From Bdellovibrionota bacterium FG-1 (GTDB lineage Bacteria > Bdellovibrionota > UBA1018): a stretch of 64,000 nucleotides of DNA. Under the pieces are notes generated by a model. That model did no database searches. It was not told the DNA's origin and saw only the letters and a program-made list of their open reading frames with translations. The stretch covers positions 14,372 to 78,371 of the forward strand of contig JBBCAW010000023.1 of NCBI GenBank assembly GCA_051382295.1. The letters run 5' to 3'. The translations under genes were made by a program, and so were the position numbers. Shown here in pieces: positions 48,593 to 56,643 of this stretch. How positions within the stretch are numbered: the first letter of the stretch is position 1; each line of letters opens with the position of its first letter.

Positions 48593-49414
48593 ATGTCCAC
48601 CAGGCTCCGTCCCAAGACTCCCATAGCCCTCCTCATCACCGCCTTGTTGGCTGGAGTGATAGGGCATGGGTGTGCGTTGGGCACAGATAACTCCACACCC
48701 ACTCCCCAACTCGTGAAGGCCTGTATTGTGCCTTCCGATCAAGCCGCCACGATTGCCGGCCATTGGCGCATCTCCCCCATTCCCATCGCCTTTCATCAGA
48801 ACGATTGGCAACCGGACGAGATCGCCGAAATCGTCAAAGCAGCCGACATTTGGAATACCTTTTACAGTGCCACTCAAGGAGTCAAAGTTTTGGACTATGG
48901 CACCGATGCCGGCAATGTACGAATATCGTCTCAAGGCGTTCCGACGAATGTCTGCGGACAAGGTTTGTTGGCGGGCAATCAGTTTTCTGGCCCCGTGGTC
49001 ATCTACAAACAAGGCACCTGGCCGCACGCCAGCGGGGCCCAAAGCACAATCGCCCTCACCAACTTTTGCACGAGTCCGGCCAAACCCTATCCCTCTACTT
49101 ATATGGCCTATATGGAAGTCAATTATCAGTACTTCTTTACGGCGGGTCACAAAATCCCGGATCTCCAAACCATTATTGCCCACGAACTCGGACATCTTTT
49201 GGGACTCTACCATAGCTGCGACATGGGTTCGACGAAGCCGGGTACTCCCGATTGCCTGAGCGCGAAACTCAACACCGATTACAAAAGAGCGCTCATGTTT
49301 CCGGTCTTCGGCTTTAACGAAGATCTCACCGGTGAGCAAAAACGAGCGCTCGCCTCCAATGACCAAGGCCGTGCTAACTGCCTTTATCAAAAAGCGGCGG
49401 GCCCCTCGCCTTGA
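48593..49414 (+). CDS. matrixin-like (metzincin) zinc metalloprotease lipoprotein
   Basis: HELGHLLGLYH, Met-turn ALMFP, lipobox GHGC. Confidence 0.85.
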   Translation: MSTRLRPKTPIALLITALLAGVIGHGCALGTDNSTPTPQLVKACIVPSDQAATIAGHWRISPIPIAFHQNDWQPDEIAEIVKAADIWNTFYSATQGVKVLDYGTDAGNVRISSQGVPTNVCGQGLLAGNQFSGPVVIYKQGTWPHASGAQSTIALTNFCTSPAKPYPSTYMAYMEVNYQYFFTAGHKIPDLQTIIAHELGHLLGLYHSCDMGSTKPGTPDCLSAKLNTDYKRALMFPVFGFNEDLTGEQKRALASNDQGRANCLYQKAAGPSP

Positions 49415-50115
49415 TTCCTCAGCTCATCCCCCCCCAGATCGTCTTCGAAGCCCCCCCCCTCATTTTTTTGGATAAACCCGCCGGTCTCTTAAGCCAGGGT
49501 GAACACACCGGCGACCCTAACCTAGTCGATTGGCTTCGCGACTACTTAGGACGACCCTATGTCGGGTTGATTCATCGACTCGACCGTAATACCTCGGGTT
49601 TGATGATTGTCGCCAAACGAAGCAAATCGGCGCAACGATTGACAGATCAACTGCAAGCCGGGACCCTTAACCGCACCTATCTCGCCTGGCTCGAGGGCAC
49701 CCTCAGTCCGGACACCCACCGCTGGCGACATTTTTTACGCAAAGATGAAATTAAAAACACCGTTCACGTCTCCGCAAAGCCCCAGCCCCAGGCACCACAA
49801 ACAAAAGAAGCGCTGCTCACGGTTCGCGCCATCGCGCACGGCCGTTGGCACTCCCACCCTCTCACTTTAGCGGAATTTACGCTCGAAACAGGGCGTTCGC
49901 ACCAAATCCGCGCACAAAGCGCCTTTGAGGGCCACCCCGTTTTGGGCGACCTCAAGTATGGCTCCGAGGCACGGCCGCCCTTCGGACGACCCGCTCTACA
50001 TTCTTGTCGTTTAAAATTTGAACATCCCATGACCCACGAACCACTGGAATACGAAGCCGCGCTCCCACCAGACATGGCCGCCCTCAGTCGCGACGCCTCA
50101 AAATCCAACCTTTAA
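49411..50115 (+). CDS. RluA-family pseudouridine synthase
   Basis: KPAGLLSQ, HRLDRNTSG, TGRSHQIR, GDLKYG. Confidence 0.92.
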   Translation: MIPQLIPPQIVFEAPPLIFLDKPAGLLSQGEHTGDPNLVDWLRDYLGRPYVGLIHRLDRNTSGLMIVAKRSKSAQRLTDQLQAGTLNRTYLAWLEGTLSPDTHRWRHFLRKDEIKNTVHVSAKPQPQAPQTKEALLTVRAIAHGRWHSHPLTLAEFTLETGRSHQIRAQSAFEGHPVLGDLKYGSEARPPFGRPALHSCRLKFEHPMTHEPLEYEAALPPDMAALSRDASKSNL

Positions 50116-51067
50116 GATAGCGGTCATCCGCACCGCGAGAACCTTCAAAAGCTGTTGGAAAATTCTCGGGCAAATCCATGCGCGCAAGAACATCAAATTT
50201 CATTTTCTTCTGCCTAGCTGCGGCGAGGACATCTGCCTCATAGCGGGCCCAGGTCACATTAGCGGAGTTAATCGAGGTCACGAGCACACCCGACTCGTCC
50301 AGGAGCCCCATTGCTAACTCGTGAAGCCGCTGAAGATCTTTGGCCGTGGAGAACCCTCCTTTTTTTCCGTGGGCAAACGAAGGAGGATCCAAAATCACGC
50401 AATCATATTTTTTGCCTTCGCGACTGAGCCTGGGGAGCCATTCAAAAACATCGCCCGCGATCCAACGGGCTCGCGCAGGGTCGAGGTGATTGACACTCCA
50501 ATTTTCCTCGGCCCACTTCACAGTCGGCTTGGACAGATCCAGCGTCGTCACCTGATCAGCCCCCCCCACACCCGCCGCCACTGAAAGACTGCCGGTATAG
50601 GCAAACGTATTGAGAACTCTCCAACCTTGGGACCGAGCCTTCAGCCAAGCACGCAAAGGCGCATGATCCAAAAACAAACCTGGATGCCGGGTTTCTTGCA
50701 ATTGAATCAAGAAACGAACGCCCTTTTCATCCACTTCAAAACGCCCTGGAGGAGGCGTGCCATGAACCACAACGGGAAACGAGGGAACCCCCTTTTCAGG
50801 ACGCCCCAAAAGCACGATGGAAAGGGCACCCTGAGCGCGGTAAAACGCCACAAAACCCTGAACCACCGGGGAATTCGCTGCGACCTCCGCTCCCCAGCAG
50901 GTGAGCCAATAATGATCTCCGAACCGATCCACGGCCCACTCCGCAAGGGCTCCTTGACCTTCTCCAGGGCCATGAAAAACCCGCAGCGCCTGACTTTCGG
51001 CAAAAAGCCCTCGCGACTGGCGCCATTTCCAGGCCTGTTTAAAATCGGTCAACGGCTCATGCTGCAT
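50084..51067 (-). CDS. RlmI/RlmK-like SAM-dependent rRNA methyltransferase
   Basis: GLFLD, VLNTFAYTG, LDPPSF, YLKG. Confidence 0.88.
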   Translation of the reverse strand: MQHEPLTDFKQAWKWRQSRGLFAESQALRVFHGPGEGQGALAEWAVDRFGDHYWLTCWGAEVAANSPVVQGFVAFYRAQGALSIVLLGRPEKGVPSFPVVVHGTPPPGRFEVDEKGVRFLIQLQETRHPGLFLDHAPLRAWLKARSQGWRVLNTFAYTGSLSVAAGVGGADQVTTLDLSKPTVKWAEENWSVNHLDPARARWIAGDVFEWLPRLSREGKKYDCVILDPPSFAHGKKGGFSTAKDLQRLHELAMGLLDESGVLVTSINSANVTWARYEADVLAAARQKKMKFDVLARMDLPENFPTAFEGSRGADDRYLKGWILRRRD

Positions 51068-51070
51068 CGA

Positions 51071-51733
51071 TCATTCTCCCTGAGTTTCTCGAAGTTTTCT
51101 GATCCATCCCGCAAAATCATCTGGCCAAGAAGCCTCAAAGACCTCCCCCGTGGGCAGCTCAAGACGCGCGGCATGGAGGGCTACCCGACTCACCGAAACG
51201 GGACCGCCGTACCGTGGATCACCCCACAAGGGATGTCCGAGCGCAGCCAGGTGAATCCGAATCTGATGTCGTCGACCCGTGAGAGGAACCGCCCTTCCTA
51301 AAAAACAGCTTAAAAAGACCTCTTTTTCCTCGATTTGCGTCACCGAAGCCTGACCTGCAATGGGCGCCGCCACGCGAATCATCGGTTGAGAAAGTGAGCC
51401 CATCGCCAAAAAATCATACGCCTTGCGAACACGGTGTTGCTGGAACCACGTATTGGCCTCCCGATGAGCATTTTCGGAGCGGGCGAGCAGCAAAACTCCG
51501 CTCGTCTCACGATCGAGTCGATGGACCACCCAAACCGGTCCATGCTCCCGCGCCGCCCATTCCGAAACGACAGGAAACGCCTCACCTGCCCGCTGCCCGG
51601 GTGCCGCTCGACCCGGAATGGTCAACCATCCTGAAGGTTTAGCCAGGGCTAGCCAGCGGTCGGTCTGGGCCAATACCCCAGGCTCACGCTGCTTTTCAGA
51701 TGGAACCTCAAATTGATCCTCTCCGCTCGTCAT
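51071..51733 (-). CDS. RluA-family pseudouridine synthase
   Basis: KPSG, HRLDRETSG, TGRRHQIRIH, LHA. Confidence 0.92.
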   Translation of the reverse strand: MTSGEDQFEVPSEKQREPGVLAQTDRWLALAKPSGWLTIPGRAAPGQRAGEAFPVVSEWAAREHGPVWVVHRLDRETSGVLLLARSENAHREANTWFQQHRVRKAYDFLAMGSLSQPMIRVAAPIAGQASVTQIEEKEVFLSCFLGRAVPLTGRRHQIRIHLAALGHPLWGDPRYGGPVSVSRVALHAARLELPTGEVFEASWPDDFAGWIRKLRETQGE

Positions 51734-51747
51734 GATAGCCCTTTAAC

Positions 51748-52383
51748 ATGCCTTTACGCGGCCTCAAATTCTATCTCAACATCGTAGGCGGGTTTCTAGC
51801 GCTCACTCTTGCCACCGGGGTATTCTTGGCTCAGCAGCCTGATCGTGAGCTGGTTTTTGTGCGGGAGGTTCCAGTACAAGCCTCACCCGCGCTTTTGGAC
51901 AAAACGCTCCGGGGGCTTGGAAACTGGCCCCAATGGTTTTTAAATACGGTCGAAGTCCAACGGTTCGATGTGGCAGGTCGTCCAATGCCTGCCGAATTTC
52001 AAACGCTTGAAAAGGGCGCCCTCCTTCGCTTTAAAATGGATCCCCAAAAGGGACCCTCGCGCCAGGATGAACTCCAGGCAACGGTCACTGAGTATCTTCC
52101 CCAAAAAAAGGTCTCGCTCCTCATGACCCAGGATTCGACCGGAAAACTCACGCGCTTATTCGATCGCCTGGAATGGACGCTCGAAATCAAGCCGCCCGAA
52201 AATGGCCTGGCCACTCACCTCAAGGGAACCACAACCGCGCACACCCATCATTGGCGAGCCCGAGTGTTTGCGACGATGGCGGAACGGCTGCTCTTGAACC
52301 CGGTGTTTTACCCCAATCTCATCAAACTCGGCGCGATCACGCAGCCGAGCTCTCCAAATGCGACTCCGGCTTTTCAGCACTAG
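51748..52383 (+). CDS. SRPBCC/START-like domain protein
   Basis: N-terminal TM segment; LGNWPQW and VTEYLPQKKV patterns. Confidence 0.55.
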   Translation: MPLRGLKFYLNIVGGFLALTLATGVFLAQQPDRELVFVREVPVQASPALLDKTLRGLGNWPQWFLNTVEVQRFDVAGRPMPAEFQTLEKGALLRFKMDPQKGPSRQDELQATVTEYLPQKKVSLLMTQDSTGKLTRLFDRLEWTLEIKPPENGLATHLKGTTTAHTHHWRARVFATMAERLLLNPVFYPNLIKLGAITQPSSPNATPAFQH

Positions 52384-54499
52384 CGAGTCGCACTAGAAAC
52401 TCCGAAAGCCCGAGCCACCCGTGGACCGTGCTTTCCTCGCATACAAAAACATCACTGCCCAGGGCGTCGTGCTCAGCGGCAGTCCGGAGCAACCCTTCAG
52501 TCAGGGGTCCATGCATCGTCTTGCCGTCAAACACCCAAAATCGCGCATCTTTTTCATTAGAACCGCTAAACATTCCCGCGTCTTTAATCGGGGCGGCGTG
52601 ACCGTCATCTTCGCTCCAACACTCGCTATCAAAGTCGAGTTCTTGCGCAAAGAGCTGTTGAGCCAATTCAAGCTCGTCATAGGGTCCTTCAATGCGAGAA
52701 CCATTATTGACCATCCAACGGGATTCGACGGCCTCTGGAATCATGATTTCCACCCGCGTTTCGCTGGAGGTCTGGCGGGAGCGCGCAGTGGCCGGTGGAT
52801 CCACCCAGGTGTCCAACGTATCGGGCTCGTCGACGATTCCCACACCCTCGTGCTCCTGATGTTGCAAATATTCGTGATAAGCATGCACGGCATAATACGG
52901 AGTCAGCCCCGTATCCGAGGTCAGCCGGGCTTCTCCCAAAACCGTTCCGGCAAAGGTTCCGCGTGCCGCGCGCACGACCTCATGAGACACCAGCATGTCC
53001 CGATCGGCCGCAAACCCTAACCGATCCAAAGCGCGGGCGCACGCCGCCGCTTCGCCAGTCACGCACCAATTCATTTCGCCGGCAGGCCCGAGTCGCGCCG
53101 CAAACGAACGCGAAACATGAAGGGCAAGTCCTTGCGCCACGGGACGCTTTCCATCCACTTTGCGACCTTCATTATATCGCGCAAAATCTTCACGAAGCAA
53201 CAGGGCGCACGAAATAGCACTCCCTAACCGATCGGCCTCACCCTCGACCGGCAGCTCCCAACTTCCGACAAAACTCAGACCAGAAAAACGCTCAAAATGG
53301 CCCCCCTGAGCTCTGACCCGTCCGGCCACGACCGTAAAATAATCATTCAAAACTTCGGCCGCTTCCTGGGACCCCAGGCCTTCCAAAAGCTGACTAAACC
53401 CTCGCAAAGATCCGTGTAAAACCGCAAAAACCCCTTCGTGCGGCTCCAAATTTTGGGGTACCCCGCTGTTCGGTGGACTCGTCAAATCGGCGACTCCTCC
53501 CGTACTTGCTTCCGACTGAGGGAGACCAGACACCGCCCCAGGGGCGCCATCCTGATCCGCCGAGGCTACCGAAGCTAAACGCCGATCCGTTTTGTCGATC
53601 CTGTTTTTTTGTAAAAACCAGAAACGGCCGCCACCCATCCCCAGAAAAATGAGCACGACAAAAATGAACAACTGTCGTTTCACGTCATCTACCGAGGTAC
53701 GCACTTGCAAAGGCGATACACTGGCGATGACGGTCAACCCGACTTCACTCCATTTACGATAGCCCCAATCCACGGGATTTGCCGGTGAGAGGGGCGCCGC
53801 AGGAGAACGTCCCGGTTCCAAAAAAGACAACAGCACGCTTTGAGAAACCCGCCCGTCCGATGCCAAGATGTCGCCATTGCGATCCAAGACCGCGCTATCA
53901 ATGGGCCGATCTTCTGAAAAAATCTTTTGAATTTTATCCAGGCTCAAACGCCCCACGACCACTTCCTGCACCTCGCCGTGACCACGCGGCAGCGCAATCC
54001 AGGCCATGCGGGTCGGCACGCCCGGCAAAGACTCGCTCAAGACGACGCGCTGCCCTCGAAATGCGGCCTCCAAGCGCGAACGATCAATGGACTCCCGTGC
54101 CTGAATTTTTTCGGCCCAGGCGGGACTCGAAAAACGAGAATGGGAGTTCAGAGCAACCGCAGCGCGAACAGGAAGCCCCCCGCTGGTCTCTGACTTTTTC
54201 CAAAGGGAAAGATCAGTGATTTCAGCCAAGGTCTCGATCGAAGGAGCTTGAAACTTTTCCGGCCCTACTTCGCTTAATGCGGCAAAAGCCCGCTCAAACT
54301 CAAGCTGAACCCGAGAAGCCTGAATCGAAACGGTGTCGCTCAAGGACTGTTGGAGCGCGGCCCGATTCTCTCGCTCCAAAACGCGATAAACCATTCCAAA
54401 CCCGATAGCGACAATGCCGGCGCCGAGGGCCCCAAAAATGAGGGCGGAGAGCACGAAACTGAAAAACTCAGAGCTGATTCTAAAGCGCAACTTGGCCAC
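52337..54499 (-). CDS. membrane protein with degenerate class III adenylate/guanylate cyclase domain
   Basis: Two TMs around a Cache-like region; cyclase-like LRGFS...VLNDYF...GLALH; C-terminal tandem GYF_2-like repeats (EGPY, HGPL). Start taken as GTG 54499 (the ORF extends to 54634). Confidence 0.7.
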   Translation of the reverse strand: MAKLRFRISSEFFSFVLSALIFGALGAGIVAIGFGMVYRVLERENRAALQQSLSDTVSIQASRVQLEFERAFAALSEVGPEKFQAPSIETLAEITDLSLWKKSETSGGLPVRAAVALNSHSRFSSPAWAEKIQARESIDRSRLEAAFRGQRVVLSESLPGVPTRMAWIALPRGHGEVQEVVVGRLSLDKIQKIFSEDRPIDSAVLDRNGDILASDGRVSQSVLLSFLEPGRSPAAPLSPANPVDWGYRKWSEVGLTVIASVSPLQVRTSVDDVKRQLFIFVVLIFLGMGGGRFWFLQKNRIDKTDRRLASVASADQDGAPGAVSGLPQSEASTGGVADLTSPPNSGVPQNLEPHEGVFAVLHGSLRGFSQLLEGLGSQEAAEVLNDYFTVVAGRVRAQGGHFERFSGLSFVGSWELPVEGEADRLGSAISCALLLREDFARYNEGRKVDGKRPVAQGLALHVSRSFAARLGPAGEMNWCVTGEAAACARALDRLGFAADRDMLVSHEVVRAARGTFAGTVLGEARLTSDTGLTPYYAVHAYHEYLQHQEHEGVGIVDEPDTLDTWVDPPATARSRQTSSETRVEIMIPEAVESRWMVNNGSRIEGPYDELELAQQLFAQELDFDSECWSEDDGHAAPIKDAGMFSGSNEKDARFWVFDGKTMHGPLTEGLLRTAAEHDALGSDVFVCEESTVHGWLGLSEFLVRLASAEKPESHLESSAA

Positions 54500-54628
54500 C
54501 CGAGATCCCCCAGATACTTTTCGTCGAAAAAAGGGAATTCGTGAGGAGAATGTGATCCGATTTTCAATCACGTTCACTGGATATCGAACCAAACTCCAGC
54601 AAAAACATCGAGAAAAGCGCGATAACGC

Positions 54629-54644
54629 TGGCACTCAATTTGCT
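54629..54644 (+). promoter_or_regulatory. sigma-54 promoter (near-perfect consensus)
   Basis: TGGCACTCAATTTGCT. Confidence 0.75.
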
Positions 54645-54715
54645 CAATGGGTCCCTGCCAAATCGGACAGGAAAGATGGAGCTACCCCCTTTTAACAAGA
54701 AAGGAGGTAACCCCG

Positions 54716-54871
54716 ATGAAGAATAAAACACTTGGTCGCAAGACCAACGACTATTATTCGTCTCGGATTCGGCTAGAAAAACTTAAACTAAAATCTTGGC
54801 GACTCTATGTCTACGCTAAGATTTTAGTGATTCTCGCCGATGCAATATCCTACTATCTAAGACAGCCGTGA
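54716..54871 (+). CDS. 51-aa basic/hydrophobic small protein
   Basis: AAGGAGGT Shine-Dalgarno at 54701-54708, 7 nt before ATG; sigma-54 promoter upstream. Confidence 0.6.
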   Translation: MKNKTLGRKTNDYYSSRIRLEKLKLKSWRLYVYAKILVILADAISYYLRQP

Positions 54872-54988
54872 GGAGTGCTCTGGGTGCAGCGCAACCGGAG
54901 TTCTCATGGATGGGAGCTGTCCGATTTGCATTGAAGGAGGGGGCTTTTACGGTTTGACAGGGCGACGGTCTCCGCTTACTCAGGGGGG

Positions 54989-55573
54989 ATGATTGTCTTG
55001 AGTTGGATCCTCGTTCTCGGGGGATACTGCAATGCAGCATTAGCCTCACCTGGAGATATTGAAACTCTTGCCATCGACGAGGTGGTATTGGCATTTCCGG
55101 ATGCCCGGAGCAGACTCGAGCATGCGGCTGACGACCTCCCTGGCATTCTCAGGGCCTATCGCCCGGCCGGAGTGGGTTACTCTGACTATCAGGTCATCGA
55201 TTCAGGCCCCCGCGGAATGCCTCGCATGTCGTTCGTAGCGGATGTAGAGGTTCTAGGCATTCATGTTAAAGGATTGATGGTCGCTGACGTCAGCCGCTCG
55301 GCGATCGTCTGTGATGCTCCGTCCCTGCCGGGAGGATATCGATTCACGATGGACTTTCAGGCCTCAGACCAGAGGCATTCCGATCAAATGAGCCTTTACA
55401 CAGTGGACCTCTGCGCCAGTGAGGGAAGCGCGGGCGAGCTCAAAGTCGGCGCGACGGCCACGACGACCGAGGGGCCTCGCTATCGATTTCCCTGGGGAAT
55501 CGTGAGCAAAAACATTTTTCGCACACAGCTCAAGCCGGTTTTGCAGGCGCTTTTGACTGTGGTGGGACGATAG
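54989..55573 (+). CDS. hypothetical secreted protein
   Basis: 194 aa ORF with signal-like N-terminus ending ALA. Confidence 0.6.
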   Translation: MIVLSWILVLGGYCNAALASPGDIETLAIDEVVLAFPDARSRLEHAADDLPGILRAYRPAGVGYSDYQVIDSGPRGMPRMSFVADVEVLGIHVKGLMVADVSRSAIVCDAPSLPGGYRFTMDFQASDQRHSDQMSLYTVDLCASEGSAGELKVGATATTTEGPRYRFPWGIVSKNIFRTQLKPVLQALLTVVGR

Positions 55574-55581
55574 GTGGGGAC

Positions 55582-55755
55582 GGTTTCCGGTGAGTTGTTG
55601 CACGAAAGCAAACTTCCTGTTTTTACACAACTTTCGCCATCCCCCTTTATAGCACCTCGTGTGCTACAAGGGCCCATTTGGGCACCCGGGCTTCTCGGAC
55701 AATCCTGTCCTCGAAGGGCTGTTGTGATTTTCGCGCAACAACTCACCGCGAAACC
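55582..55755. mobile_element. MITE-like element with ~27-bp terminal inverted repeats
   Basis: Left GGTTTC-CGGTGAGTTGTTGCACGAAA versus reverse complement of right GGTTTCGCGGTGAGTTGTTGCGCGAAA; non-coding interior; no target-site duplication seen. Confidence 0.6.
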
Positions 55756-55783
55756 TTGTAAATACAAGAGGCAATTTCCACTT

Positions 55784-56638
55784 TCAGAGGGAATTGCCTA
55801 CAAAATACTCTCCGCGAAAAACCAGCTCGGCGGGACCTTTCATCACCACCGAAGCCCCCGGGTTCCAGCTCACTTCTAGCGTCCCGCCCGGAAGCGTGAC
55901 GGCTATGGGACTACTGACTCGTCCAGTTTGAATCGCCGCCACCGCCGCTGCGCAAGCGCCAGTCCCGCAGGCCAGAGTCATCCCCGCGCCGCGCTCCCAA
56001 ACCCTGACGCGAATGGATGAGGGCCCCAGGACCTCGACCCACTCAACATTGGTGCGATCGACAAAGCGCGGGTGGGTCTCGATCTGAGACCCCCATTTTT
56101 GGAGTACGACCGGGTCCTCCGGGCCTTCTGAAAAAATCACGGCATGAGGGTTGCCCATATTGACTTCAAAGAACCGAAAAACCTGAACACCCAAGCCATC
56201 GGCCAGTCGCAAAACTTCGCCATCGGTCTCAAAACCAGGTCCGAGCTGCGGTAATCCCATCTCGACGGAAACCCGATCACCCTGCACCTCGATGGGCAAA
56301 ATCCCGGCCAGCGTTTCGATCAAATACCGCGCGCTTAAAGTCTGTTGCTGAGGTGTGCCCAGGCGATCCAGATAAACCCCTACGGCTCGGATGCCGTTGC
56401 CACACATTTCGGCCACGGATCCATCCGCATTAAGAATCTCCATCCGCGCCTGCGCTCGTGGGTCCTGGGGGCTTTTGAGCCAGAGCAATTGATCCGCGCC
56501 AATACCGTAGCGCCGATCACAAATCGCGCGCGCCAGCTCGGCATCGATTTTTTGGCAAAACCCCCAGGGTTTACCGACATCATCGATCAGCACAAAGTCG
56601 TTGCCTAGCCCCTGCATTTTAACAAACGGAATGCTCAT
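55784..56638 (-). CDS. dapF: diaminopimelate epimerase
   Basis: KMQGLGNDF, EMCGNG, MGNPH, TNVE, WERGAG, ACGTG. Confidence 0.96.
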   Translation of the reverse strand: MSIPFVKMQGLGNDFVLIDDVGKPWGFCQKIDAELARAICDRRYGIGADQLLWLKSPQDPRAQARMEILNADGSVAEMCGNGIRAVGVYLDRLGTPQQQTLSARYLIETLAGILPIEVQGDRVSVEMGLPQLGPGFETDGEVLRLADGLGVQVFRFFEVNMGNPHAVIFSEGPEDPVVLQKWGSQIETHPRFVDRTNVEWVEVLGPSSIRVRVWERGAGMTLACGTGACAAAVAAIQTGRVSSPIAVTLPGGTLEVSWNPGASVVMKGPAELVFRGEYFVGNSL

Positions 56639-56643
56639 GCCGA

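Noticed and set aside
49411..51733. RluA-RlmI-RluA cluster as a novel RNA-modification system
   Set aside because: All are ordinary family members in mixed orientation; multiple RluA paralogues are common.
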